NCBI GenBank assembly: GCA_964592525.1
Contig: CAZQFB010000003.1
Coordinates: 19,043 to 83,042, forward strand
Source: an uncultured Candidatus Saccharibacteria bacterium
GTDB lineage: Bacteria; Patescibacteriota; WWE3; CAZQFB01
Reading direction: 5' to 3'
DNA length: 64,000 nt
The stretch's first letter is position 1. Every line of letters starts with the position of its first letter. The notes beneath the pieces were generated by a model. That model was given only the letters and a program-made list of their open reading frames with translations, did no database searches and was not told the origin of the DNA. The position numbers were made by a program, and so were the translations under genes. Positions 10,108 through 18,633 of this stretch are shown here, piece by piece.

Positions 10108-10683
10108 TCAACCACATTTTTTAGCTAGGATCATTTCTCGCTCTTGTGCTATGCCTCTGATTGTTCCTCCCATCTGTTTTTTATACGCTAGTATTTCCCA
10201 ACCCCTGTAAAGCTCTAAAAGCTCGTTTGGTTCAAGATAAAACCTAGAAGGATCTTCATTTTGAAGCTGACCATTATTAGTAAAAGCAATGATTAAATTT
10301 ACCCCTTGGGGCATGGTGTGTTGTTTTACCCTGTTAATTAATTGATAAGCCTTTTCTTTACTTAAGTAGTGCAGTACCCAAGTACACACGATACTGTCAT
10401 AATCTCTCGCAAACAAATAATCTTCAATGTTACATTCGCAAGTACTGATCGCCAAATGGCTTTGCCGGGCTTGTTGCTGAAGAGTAGCTAATGCTTTTTT
10501 GTCATTATCCACAGCTGTGACTCTAAACCCCTTAGACGATAGGTACAAAGCGTTTTTGCCGTCTCCTGACCCCAGATCCAAAATTTCTGGTCCTTTAAGA
10601 CGTTGGTGGTTTTCTCTGACAAAGTGAGTGGCTTTGATCCCCCAAGGGTGTGCTTCTTTTTGGTAAAAATCTGACCATTTCAT
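10108..10683 (-). CDS. class I SAM-dependent methyltransferase (TehB-like)
   Basis: Motif I ILDLGSGDGKNALYLSSKGFRVTAVDNDKKAL. About 190 aa, the size of TehB-type MTases. Confidence 0.7.
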   Translation of the reverse strand: MKWSDFYQKEAHPWGIKATHFVRENHQRLKGPEILDLGSGDGKNALYLSSKGFRVTAVDNDKKALATLQQQARQSHLAISTCECNIEDYLFARDYDSIVCTWVLHYLSKEKAYQLINRVKQHTMPQGVNLIIAFTNNGQLQNEDPSRFYLEPNELLELYRGWEILAYKKQMGGTIRGIAQEREMILAKKCG

Positions 10684-10730
10684 GTTGATCTTAACTTGAT
10701 TTCACTACTCTTTAAGTATAGGTTTATATT

Positions 10731-10946
10731 ATGCTGAAATTAGTCACACTGCTAATAATTGTAATCTTAAGTGTGGTTTTTGCCCTACAAAACGCATTTG
10801 TAGTGCGAGTTACTTTTTTAGCTTGGCAGTTTGATATCTCGCTAGCGCTTCTTCTGGTGATAACTTTTCTGTTAGGTTTCATGTTCACCTTCTTGGCTTC
10901 GGCTTCAATGCGCTTACACAAGAAAATAAGCCATACCCATGACTAA
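10731..10946 (+). CDS. LapA/DUF1049-family small inner-membrane protein
   Basis: 71 aa, two TM helices (LIIVILSVVFALQNAFVVRVTFLAWQFDISLALLLVITFLLGFMF), typical of the LapA/YciS domain. Confidence 0.55.
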   Translation: MLKLVTLLIIVILSVVFALQNAFVVRVTFLAWQFDISLALLLVITFLLGFMFTFLASASMRLHKKISHTHD

Positions 10947-11829
10947 AAAAAAAGACCAAAAACCATTAGCCGATATCAAAACGGCTTGGCTTCAAAAACA
11001 CGAATTAATTACCAAAAGAGTTCAAGCCAAACATGCTGAAGCACTTAAATACCTTAAACAAAAAGCTGATCCTAAAAAGTTAACTGCCGGTGCTGCGGGT
11101 AGTGTGTTGTTATTATTAAGTCCGGCTCATAATCTATTACCATCCGCCCACGAGATAGCCTCTGCTTTCCAAGCCGATCCGGATTGGCAGATTAATCAGA
11201 ACAAGAACTTGGTTAATCTGATTAAAGCTTTAGTGCCAACAGAAACACGTAACCTTAATGCCGATGAGGAATGGCATCTGGCGTCTACGTTGAGTGATTA
11301 TTTTGGGTTTTCGGTAGCAGGAGAGCTAGACGAGAAAAGGTTAAACCGGACTTATGGCATTATGGGTGCGGAACAACACCTTTATCGTTATCCGGGTGAT
11401 TCTCTCGCCCACCATAGTTCATTGACTGAAGGTGATAAATATATCGCGGCGGGGATTGCTCCTGGTTTGGGGGCGTGGGGTTATTTTGCTCCTTCCCAAG
11501 AAGTCTTTACGAGCCAAGATGAAGAAAAAGAACGTTGGTATCTGGCAGTGCAGACCTTTTTAGTGCCTGATTACAATGAGAGATTTCAGGAATACCGTGA
11601 TTTCTTTAAATACCGCAAGATGCTGGTAGTTAACCCGCAAACTGGACAAGCGGTAGTGGCGGTGATTGGTGATGCCGGTCCGGCACCTTGGACTGGTAAG
11701 CAGTTAGGAGGTTCTCCAGAGGTTATGGATAATCTGGGTTTGCGTGGTGAAGGAGCAGTCCTCTATTTTTTTGTGAACGATCCCGAAAATAAGATCCCAC
11801 TGGGTCCAGTAGCTGGAGGATATTTATGA
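10939..11829 (+). CDS. hypothetical exported protein with possible C-terminal RlpA-like double-psi beta-barrel
   Basis: N-terminal hydrophobic segment. The C-terminal stretch KMLVVNPQTGQAVVAVIGDAGPAPWTGKQLGGSPEVMDNLGL resembles the DPBB/3D-domain pattern (V.V.N..G.sV.V.v.DrGP....iDLS..a...LG). Low confidence. Confidence 0.35.
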   Translation: MTKKKDQKPLADIKTAWLQKHELITKRVQAKHAEALKYLKQKADPKKLTAGAAGSVLLLLSPAHNLLPSAHEIASAFQADPDWQINQNKNLVNLIKALVPTETRNLNADEEWHLASTLSDYFGFSVAGELDEKRLNRTYGIMGAEQHLYRYPGDSLAHHSSLTEGDKYIAAGIAPGLGAWGYFAPSQEVFTSQDEEKERWYLAVQTFLVPDYNERFQEYRDFFKYRKMLVVNPQTGQAVVAVIGDAGPAPWTGKQLGGSPEVMDNLGLRGEGAVLYFFVNDPENKIPLGPVAGGYL

Positions 11830-12125
11830 CCTATTTTTATAAAAACTGTATTGATATCAGTCAGATATTAGAGCTTTTAGGAGAGTTGGGTGAATCCGAA
11901 CGACAAGAGTTTGGTCGGCTAACAGAATCAATGGTTCATCATGTGGTGGTTGATGTGGTGCTTATTAATTTATCAGCTAAGGATCAAAAGGTGTTTTTAC
12001 GTAATTTAACTAAAGATGATCATGACAAAACGTGGTCTCATTTATCTAAAAAGATTGACCATTTAGAAGATAAAATCATGGTTGCCTTTTTGGAATTAAA
12101 AGCCTCTCTTCAGCAAGATCTTTAA
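11826..12125 (+). CDS. hypothetical protein (99 aa), translationally coupled to upstream gene
   Basis: Start overlaps the upstream stop (ATGA). No motif recognised. Confidence 0.35.
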   Translation: MTYFYKNCIDISQILELLGELGESERQEFGRLTESMVHHVVVDVVLINLSAKDQKVFLRNLTKDDHDKTWSHLSKKIDHLEDKIMVAFLELKASLQQDL

Positions 12126-13189
12126 AGCTGGTGTAAGGCTTGTTCAACCAGTAACATGGTGTCGGTAGCTAAGATTTTGGCGCGTTGGTTACCTTGGTTA
12201 ATTATTTCTTCTAGCTCTTGGGGATTATCTACATATTGCAGTTTTCTATGCTGATACTCTTTTAAAAAGTGGTTAATGATCGTGATTAACAACTCCTTAA
12301 AATCGGCCATGACCTGGTTACCTTGTTGGTGTTGTTGGCACAAATGTTTTAGTTGTGTCCGTTGCTCCTCACTACTGGTTAAATTACGCGCGATGGTGAT
12401 TAAACTCTGCAGGTTAGGGCTCATCTCTCCCGCTTCTGCGGTTTCGGCCCGCATAATTTTTTTGGCTACCTCATCTGGAGTATCACTAAGAAAAATAGCA
12501 CCTTCTGGGTAACTTTTACTCATTTTTGAAGATCCTTTAAGAGATAAAATCCTTAATGCCCTCATGGTGTGGGGTTGTGGTTCAACAAAGATATTGTGGT
12601 AGGTGGAGTTAAAACGGTGGGTTAGTTTTCTTGTTACTTCCAGATGGGCTAGTTGGTCCTCACCTACTGGTACTTTAGCGGCTCTAACTAAAAGGATATC
12701 CGCTGCCATTAAAACCGGGTAAAGCAGCAGCAGGGTGTTAGCCGTTTCCGTTTGTTGCTTAGCATCAATTTTATCTTTCAGGGTAGGAACGCGCAATAAT
12801 TCGGCTACACTGATGTGCTTTGATAAGATTAGGGTCAACTGGCTTAATTCTTTAAATAAATATGATTGCTGGTAAAGAGCTGTTTTATGCGGGTCTATAC
12901 CTAAAGCTAATAAATCAAGGCTGACCTCTTTTGCGTATTGATCAGCTGTAGTTGGGGCATGGGTGGTGTAGGCATGGAGATCCGCGATAAAGACCATCAT
13001 CTCCAGCTCTTTTTGCTGAAGCTCAACAATGGGTTTAATGGCGCCAATGTAGTTAGCTAAGGTTAAATTACCAGTAGGTCTAATTCCAGTGACGATATCT
13101 AGTTTGGTTTCAGGCTTGATGTTGTTCACAGCTTCAATTTTAACACTAAATAACACATTAACGGTTCCTAAGCCACCGGACCATTTCAC
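12122..13189 (-). CDS. trpS: tryptophan--tRNA ligase
   Basis: Class I aaRS. N-terminal TGIRPTGNLTLANYIGAI (TrpRS HIGH-region variant) and a KMSKS motif (SSKMSKSYP). Size fits TrpRS with a short C-terminal extension. Confidence 0.75.
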   Translation of the reverse strand: MKWSGGLGTVNVLFSVKIEAVNNIKPETKLDIVTGIRPTGNLTLANYIGAIKPIVELQQKELEMMVFIADLHAYTTHAPTTADQYAKEVSLDLLALGIDPHKTALYQQSYLFKELSQLTLILSKHISVAELLRVPTLKDKIDAKQQTETANTLLLLYPVLMAADILLVRAAKVPVGEDQLAHLEVTRKLTHRFNSTYHNIFVEPQPHTMRALRILSLKGSSKMSKSYPEGAIFLSDTPDEVAKKIMRAETAEAGEMSPNLQSLITIARNLTSSEEQRTQLKHLCQQHQQGNQVMADFKELLITIINHFLKEYQHRKLQYVDNPQELEEIINQGNQRAKILATDTMLLVEQALHQL

Positions 13190-14114
13190 TTAGGCCTTGA
13201 GATATGGGGGTGTGTGGCGAAAAGCCAAGCAGCCTTTCTGCCTTGGTGGTATCAGCAAAGGTTTGCTTAACATCACCCAGCTGTTCTGGTAAATGTTTAA
13301 TAACAGCCTGTTTTGCTAGCACCTTTTCAATTTCAGCTATCAGTTCAAGGACACTAATGGGAGAGGCGTTGCCTAAATTGATAATTTCATAAGCAACGTT
13401 TTTAGTTATGCTGGCGACCACACCCGCGATAATATCATCAATATAAGTAAAATCTCGGCTCATAGAACCATCCCCATAGACAGGTATTTCTTGCCCTGCT
13501 TCAATTAGTTCCATAAATTTGCGAATGGCAAGGTCGGGTCTTTGCCGTGGACCATAGACCGTGAAAAAGCGTAAACAGACCACTGGTAATTGGTATAGTT
13601 GGTGATAGGTGTAACATAGTAACTCACCAGCTTTTTTCGTGGCAGCATAGGGGGAAATAGGACGATCAACCGGATCGGACTCACTAAAGGGTATCCTAGT
13701 GCTGTTGCCATAGACCGAGGATGAAGAAGCAAAGATCAGCCTAGCCACCCCAAATTGGCGACACATTTCTAATATGTTTAAGGTGCCTTTAATGTTTACT
13801 TCTTCATAGAGTAGGGGGTTTTCAATGGAAGGTCTTACCCCAGCTTTAGCTGCTAAGTGTATTACGACCTCTGGTTTAAACAGTGAAAATGCTTGCTCTA
13901 AAAAAGTATAATCCCGAATATCATCTTCAAAAAGCTTGACCTTATTATTTTGCACAGATTGATTGATATTAGCTCTTTTTTCCTCTGGGCTATAAAAGTC
14001 ATCAAAATTATCAATAAGGGCAAGATTATGATTTTGCTGTAATAAATGATCAACTAAATGAGAGCCAATAAACCCAGCTCCGCCAGTGACTAATATTTTC
14101 ATAATATCTATCAT
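13158..14114 (-). CDS. NAD-dependent nucleotide-sugar epimerase/dehydratase (UDP-glucose/glucuronate 4-epimerase-like SDR)
   Basis: Rossmann TGGAGFIGSHL, catalytic YAATK, SSSSVYG. Extended SDR. Confidence 0.8.
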   Translation of the reverse strand: MIDIMKILVTGGAGFIGSHLVDHLLQQNHNLALIDNFDDFYSPEEKRANINQSVQNNKVKLFEDDIRDYTFLEQAFSLFKPEVVIHLAAKAGVRPSIENPLLYEEVNIKGTLNILEMCRQFGVARLIFASSSSVYGNSTRIPFSESDPVDRPISPYAATKKAGELLCYTYHQLYQLPVVCLRFFTVYGPRQRPDLAIRKFMELIEAGQEIPVYGDGSMSRDFTYIDDIIAGVVASITKNVAYEIINLGNASPISVLELIAEIEKVLAKQAVIKHLPEQLGDVKQTFADTTKAERLLGFSPHTPISQGLSEMVRWLRNR

Positions 14115-14763
14115 AACAGGTGACTAGAACCCTATAGTGTGGTAGTATGTATGCAAATCTCAACCATATCACCAGGAGGATGGGCAATGAGTGATGACAC
14201 TCCGTCTTGTTCATTGTTGGCAGCCATCCCGGTGGCAGCCCTAGTGTTGACTGTTTTACCAGACAGGCTGGAATCGGTATTCTTGGCCCTTGTTGTCTGG
14301 TTGGTGGGAGTAGTGTTTGGCTGGCCGCTACGAAATGAGAACGAATGGCTGCTGCTGGGCTTTACTGCGGTGTCCCAAGTAACCATCATTGCGTTGGTGA
14401 GATTGTTGTTTGTAGTGACAGCTGGTGGATAGTATTATCCACCAGCGCTTTTCTAATTTACTCTACCAGCTTTGCTTAAGCGCACAAAATAAGTGTTAAT
14501 ATATTTAGATCACCCTTAAGACTTTGTCGTTTGAATGAAAACTTGTTGAAGGCAAACGAATTAAGCTAGAGCTATAGTTAACCCAGCACTTTTAAAAATA
14601 ACTGGGTGATGGCTAAGCGAGAGAATTGGTAAAATATTTAGTTGTAAATGTAATATTGCTTTCGTAGCCTGGCTCCGTGCTAATACTTCAAAGCGACAGG
14701 AGTCGGTCGTTTGTTGCTTGGTTCTGAATAAGAGGGCAAAATATCATCTTGAGTATCTATTTT

Positions 14764-14836
14764 GCCTCCGTAGCTCAAAGGATAGAGTGTCTGGCTTCGA
14801 ACCAGAAGGTTGGGGGTTCAAGTCCTCCCGGAGGCG
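14764..14836 (+). tRNA. tRNA-Arg (anticodon TCG)
   Basis: Acceptor GCCTCCG/CGGAGGC. Anticodon stem TCTGG/CCAGA with loop CTTCGAA. T-loop TTCAAGT. Confidence 0.8.
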
Positions 14837-15094
14837 CCGATCATAGTATATATTTGTTTTTTGGGATTTTGACCCACTAACTGAAAGTATTTAGGTCCCA
14901 CAATTGTGTAAGCAAGAAAGTTGAAGGCGCACGAGGAGAGGAAAGCACCAACCACCCAAAAGCAGCTATCGTTTAGTGTGCGTGTTGGTCAAGAATGTAG
15001 CTTAGATATTTTAGTTGGAGTACAAATTTAAGCATGGGTCTATTAAGTAAGCCTATTAGAAAAGGTATCTTTAAGCGTATAGAATAGAAACATT

Positions 15095-15766
15095 ATGTCA
15101 GCTGACTATCTAATCTGGGAGCAGATAAATTTAAAGAATCCACATGCTCAAGAAATCACAATAAAATATGACTCCGGTTTTTTGTTTACCCGCACCGGGA
15201 AAGGGGACATGATCCAAACTAGATCCTTAAGAGCTAATTTGGGTGAGTTTAAGTTTAATTCGGAAAACCGCAGAATATTGAAAAATTGGTCAAATCTAAA
15301 ACTCCAACCCACCCCCCTCCCACTACCGTTGTGCGACTATAGTTGGGGCATTCATAAGCTGGGAAATGAGTATTATTCTAAAAAATTTGGTCCGGATACT
15401 TTTAGTGCTAATAAGATTCGGCAATTAATTACTGATAAAGAAAGCTCAAATTTTAATATGCTTATGGAATATGTTTTAGATTCAGACAAAGTTGGGTATG
15501 CAATATGTTACGAGAATAATGACCTATTTCATTATGCTTATCCGTTTTATAAGTTTGAGTATTATAAGGGTCTTGGTATGGGAATGATGGTTAGGGCCGT
15601 AGAATACGCTGTTAACACCGGTAAAAAGTATTTATATTTAGGTTCTGCCAGCAAGCCAAAAGATCGTTATAAGCTTCAGTTTGAAAACCTAGAGTGGTTT
15701 GATGGAATATCTTGGCATAGTAGCACCAAAGAGCTAAAAGATATTATTCAAAGCAAACATTTGTAA
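15095..15766 (+). CDS. Bpt/ATE_C-family aminoacyl-tRNA--protein transferase-like (GNAT fold)
   Basis: C-terminal KKYLYLGSASKPKDRYKLQFENLEWFDGISW matches the ATE_C/Bpt pattern (YvYLGYWI...Y K..F.P.E.L..W). Confidence 0.5.
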   Translation: MSADYLIWEQINLKNPHAQEITIKYDSGFLFTRTGKGDMIQTRSLRANLGEFKFNSENRRILKNWSNLKLQPTPLPLPLCDYSWGIHKLGNEYYSKKFGPDTFSANKIRQLITDKESSNFNMLMEYVLDSDKVGYAICYENNDLFHYAYPFYKFEYYKGLGMGMMVRAVEYAVNTGKKYLYLGSASKPKDRYKLQFENLEWFDGISWHSSTKELKDIIQSKHL

Positions 15767-15825
15767 TTGACACTAGACCTATAGTAGGTTATATTGCTGA
15801 TCCGTACGCAACAAGGAGAGAGAAC

Positions 15826-16029
15826 ATGTTCGGTTTCACGACTGTTTTTGTAGTGGTGTTTATACTGGTGCTCGTTTCGGATAAGAGGGAAGAGGGCTTA
15901 AGCAGAACCTACAGACTGGCGGTTCTCACCCTGCTCTATCTAGTGAGTTACCGGATTTGGGAGTTGGCGGAAATGATTGAAGAGCAGGCTCAAATCTTGG
16001 TTGAGATCCAGAAGTACCTGGTCCAGTAA
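15826..16029 (+). CDS. hypothetical small protein (67 aa, one TM)
   Basis: ORF only. N-terminal hydrophobic helix. Confidence 0.25.
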   Translation: MFGFTTVFVVVFILVLVSDKREEGLSRTYRLAVLTLLYLVSYRIWELAEMIEEQAQILVEIQKYLVQ

Positions 16030-16343
16030 CTTGTCATGACCCCGTATCATTGCACTAGGTGTATTTGAGTTGCGGGGTTATTTATTTAATTAGAAGATAA
16101 TTCAAATTATTAAATAGTTGTTGCTCGTGTAGGTTCAGCATTTTCTTTTTGTTAAGGCGGGCTTTCGTCATAGGACTCTTATTTATTCGCCACAGCCACA
16201 TTTAATTTGTTTGAATATTTTCATTTGTTGGATAGCCCACTAGTGGTTAGTAGGTTTTACAACCCAGAACATCGACGATGCTTCCCATCCTGAATGACAA
16301 ATTACAAAGTCAGGTGTTCCTATTATCATAAGCAACGTCGAAA

Positions 16344-16373
16344 AAAGGAGTCTCCTTACAAGGAGACTCCTTT
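16344..16373 (-). terminator. intrinsic terminator-like hairpin (14-bp stem) with U-run on the minus strand
   Basis: AAAGGAGTCTCCTT aca AAGGAGACTCCTTT. The plus strand has an A6 run immediately 5', which gives a U-run after the hairpin on the minus strand. Confidence 0.5.
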
Positions 16374-16380
16374 ATATAAC

Positions 16381-16452
16381 ACTAGAGTGGTTTGATGGTA
16401 GTAGCTGGTCTGGGGATATGGATGCTTTGAAAAATATAATCAGTGCAAAGTG
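16381..16452 (+). pseudogene. 3' fragment of a second Bpt/ATE_C-like gene (remnant paralog)
   Basis: Nucleotide and protein similarity to the 3' end of the gene at 15095..15766: LEWFDGSSWSGDMDALKNIISAK* versus LEWFDGISWHSSTKELKDIIQSKHL*. No upstream ORF body. Confidence 0.5.
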
Positions 16453-16533
16453 ATTAACCCGGCTGATAGTAATCTTATACTTATGTATAAAAACGAACCC
16501 GTTAGCTAGAATATCTAACGGGTTCATGGTGGT

Positions 16534-16737
16534 CTAGAAGACAAGTAGTGCTGTTACTACTACTGCAATACCAACCGCTGTTCCAACCATGCCTTTTAGT
16601 ATAGCTCCTGTAACTATCAGGTGCTCCTCCTCGTCCAGTAACCGAAACAACTTTTCTAGGTTGATCATTGCGTACATAAATCCCAAAAAAGCCATCAAGC
16701 TGCCTACGATCACATACATTCTTTCAACCTCGGTCAC
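16534..16737 (-). CDS. hypothetical small membrane protein (67 aa, 2 TM)
   Basis: ORF with two hydrophobic helices. Terminator-like hairpin lies downstream (16344-16373). Confidence 0.35.
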   Translation of the reverse strand: MTEVERMYVIVGSLMAFLGFMYAMINLEKLFRLLDEEEHLIVTGAILKGMVGTAVGIAVVVTALLVF

Positions 16738-16935
16738 GTCTTCCCCCTAGTGGTGTGTGGTTGATACTTGACAGACTTATAGCAAGTTAGCATCTTGAAG
16801 TCAATTACAAAATTGTAATACCGAACTTCAAACCAAAAAGGACCGTCCTTTTACGGATTTAGTAACCTGGGGAGTTGTAATTGATCTTTCGGCTTTCCTA
16901 GCTTTAGAGTTTAAAAGTATGCGCTTAACTAAGTG

Positions 16936-17007
16936 TACCCCGTGCAGGATTCGAACCTGCGACCAATCGGTTAAGAGCCGAGTGCTCTACCACTGAGCTA
17001 ACGGGGC
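16936..17007 (-). tRNA. tRNA-Lys (anticodon CTT)
   Basis: Reverse complement GCCCCGTTAGCTCAGTGGTAGAGCACTCGGCTCTTAACCGA...TTCGAATCCTGCACGGGGT. Anticodon loop CTCTTAA. Confidence 0.75.
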
Positions 17008-17226
17008 GTAGCCGTAAGATGACGACACCGCTATCCTTTATCACTACTGTGCAATATGGTAACAAAAAGCAGCGTTATTCTCTCCAAAGTTAGGAAACTA
17101 ATATTTACCAGCTAGCATAGCTGCCTATTAACAAGATATTGTACTGTGCAGAAACCATTCTCTCAAGTAGTGTGCTAAAATAAATATGCGGAATGAGACT
17201 AATGCCATTTTCTCCTCCTCCTTGCT

Positions 17227-17274
17227 GGAGGGAGGGTGTCCCGGGGCAGACACCCTCCCTCCATTTTATTTGTC
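17227..17274 (+). terminator. strong intrinsic terminator (perfect 14-bp GC-rich stem + T-rich tail)
   Basis: GGAGGGAGGGTGTC ccggggca GACACCCTCCCTCC followed by ATTTTATTTG. No annotated plus-strand gene lies upstream, so it may end a small RNA or insulate the tRNA array. Confidence 0.55.
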
Positions 17275-17320
17275 TACTTATCCTAAATTATGTATCTTTA
17301 CAGCAGCAAATGTTGCTATT

Positions 17321-17404
17321 GCCCACGTGGCGGAATTGGTAGACGCGCTACGTTCAGAGCGTAGTTTTCGCAAGAAAGTGTAGGTTCGAATCCTATCGTG
17401 GGCA
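17321..17404 (+). tRNA. tRNA-Leu (anticodon CAG)
   Basis: Acceptor GCCCACG/CGTGGGC. Anticodon stem CTACG/CGTAG with loop TTCAGAG. Long variable arm, T-loop TTCGAAT. Confidence 0.85.
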
Positions 17405-17537
17405 CTATCCTTCGCTAAAGCTTCAGATAGCTAGAGAGAAAGACAGCTCTGCCTAGGTGTCTTTACTACTCGTAGTTTTATCAGCGAAGTGTGGACTCCT
17501 CTCGTGGGTACATATTTGGTAAAATAAGGTCTCATCT

Positions 17538-17624
17538 GGGCGAGTGGTGGAATTGGTAGACACGCTACCTTGAGGGGGTAGTGCCAGAAATGGTGTGGAG
17601 GTTCAAGTCCTCTCTCGCCCACCA
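17538..17624 (+). tRNA. tRNA-Leu (anticodon GAG), CCA encoded
   Basis: Acceptor GGGCGAG/CTCGCCC. Anticodon stem CTACC/GGTAG with loop TTGAGGG. Long variable arm. 3' ACCA. Confidence 0.85.
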
Positions 17625-17690
17625 ATAATGAGGTGCAGGTGCTTTACGTCGCTTTAAAAGATGTTTAGTATGTAAGCAATCATTGAACCT

Positions 17691-17763
17691 GCCGAGGTAG
17701 CCAAGGTGGTCACGGCACATGTCTGAAAAACATGGGATGTCAGTTCGACTCTGACCCTCGGCA
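17691..17763 (+). tRNA. tRNA-Phe (anticodon GAA)
   Basis: Acceptor GCCGAGG/CCTCGGC. Anticodon stem CATGT/ACATG with loop CTGAAAA. T-loop TTCGACT. Confidence 0.75.
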
Positions 17764-17767
17764 CACT

Positions 17768-17840
17768 GCGGGAGTAGCTCAGTTGGTAGAGCGTTTCCTT
17801 GCCATGGAAAAGGTCGCGGGTTCAAATCCCGTCTCCCGCT
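17768..17840 (+). tRNA. tRNA-Gly (anticodon GCC)
   Basis: Acceptor GCGGGAG/CTCCCGC. Anticodon stem TTTCC/GGAAA with loop TTGCCAT. T-loop TTCAAAT. Confidence 0.85.
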
Positions 17841-17844
17841 CATA

Positions 17845-18081
17845 ATGTACACGACATACATTATTAGAGGTAGAGCTACTGGCAGGTATTATATTGGTAG
17901 CACAGCTGATTTTGAGAGAAGATTAGCTGAGCATAATCGGGGGCACACTTTATTTGATAAGGTCAACGAACCATTTGAAGTCATTAGGGTTGAAAAGTAT
18001 AGTACAAAGAGAGAAGCGCTTAAGAGAGAAGGGAAGATTAAGAGCTTTAAGGGAGGTAATAGTTTTAGAAAACTAGTTTGA
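17845..18081 (+). CDS. free-standing GIY-YIG nuclease domain protein (78 aa)
   Basis: MYTTYIIRGRATGRYYIGSTADFERRLAEHNRG carries the canonical GIY-YIG core (Y-I...Y-IG-T..R..EHN). Starts 5 nt after the tRNA-Gly 3' end. Confidence 0.75.
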   Translation: MYTTYIIRGRATGRYYIGSTADFERRLAEHNRGHTLFDKVNEPFEVIRVEKYSTKREALKREGKIKSFKGGNSFRKLV

Positions 18082-18133
18082 AGAGCGTCCCGCTTAGCGG
18101 GAAGGTCGCGGGTTCGAATCCCGTCTCCCGCTC
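18082..18133 (+). pseudogene. 3' fragment of a tRNA-Gly-like gene (direct repeat of tRNA-Gly 3' end; putative att or degraded tandem tRNA)
   Basis: AAGGTCGCGGGTTCgAATCCCGTCTCCCGCTC matches tRNA-Gly positions 17810-17841 at 31/32 nt. It is preceded by the D-stem remnant GAGCG and a degenerate anticodon arm. There is no 5' acceptor or D-arm half. Confidence 0.6.
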
Positions 18134-18213
18134 TGGTGCTAAAATGATCTTGGGAATCACTATCCCACTTATGCTTATCAATATCTCAATTATTAAACAA
18201 AGAAAGGAAAATC

Positions 18214-18549
18214 ATGACCGATGTACATGACGTTACGGTGATTTATAACAATCTGGAGGAATACCTTAACGAGCAAGAAAGAGAAAATATTAATCACCTT
18301 ATTACTAATTTTTGTTTAAAAATCAGTCGGCAAGAAGAGATAGAAAAAATTGAGGTCAGTGCAACAGTACAAAAAAACCCTGTAGGCGAAGCTAACACTT
18401 TTCAAATTACCACCAAGCTGAATTTTTTTTCGGGTGAATATTTGGTTGCCCATGCCGGTGGTTGGGAGCTTGATTTGGCTATTAGAGAAGCATTAAAGAG
18501 ATTGGAAAAGCAGGAGAGAAGAAAACACCAACAAAAAGTTGACCATTAA
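18214..18549 (+). CDS. hpf: ribosome hibernation promoting factor / RaiA-family protein (short form)
   Basis: C-terminal ...TTKLNFFSGEYLVAHAGGWELDLAIREALKRLEKQERRKHQQK parallels the HPF pattern (..GGE.HA.AE..DMYAAID.L.DKL.RQL.KHKDK). Confidence 0.55.
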   Translation: MTDVHDVTVIYNNLEEYLNEQERENINHLITNFCLKISRQEEIEKIEVSATVQKNPVGEANTFQITTKLNFFSGEYLVAHAGGWELDLAIREALKRLEKQERRKHQQKVDH

Positions 18550-18561
18550 TATAAATACCTG

Positions 18562-18633
18562 TGAGCGGTACTGGACTCGAACCAGTGACCTTTCGGATGT
18601 AAGCCGAATGCTCTACCAACTGAGCTAACCGCT
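18562..18633 (-). tRNA. tRNA-Val (anticodon TAC)
   Basis: Reverse complement GAGCGGTTAGCTCAGTTGGTAGAGCATTCGGCTTACATCCGAAAGGTCACTGGTTCGAGTCCAGTACCGCTC. Anticodon loop CTTACAT. Confidence 0.8.

Noticed and set aside
14132-14432. Overlapping 85-aa (-) and 97-aa (+) ORFs after the epimerase gene
   Set aside because: They overlap each other antisense and have biased S/T/N or hydrophobic composition and no motifs. Probably non-coding 3' region.
17186-17383. 65-aa ORF in the supplied track
   Set aside because: It overlaps tRNA-Leu(CAG) and the strong terminator hairpin on the same strand. Its codon content derives from structured RNA sequence.
17431-17861. Two minus-strand ORFs (64 aa and 98 aa) in the tRNA array
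   Set aside because: Both are antisense to tRNA-Leu(GAG), tRNA-Phe and tRNA-Gly. These are classic spurious ORFs across tRNA genes.
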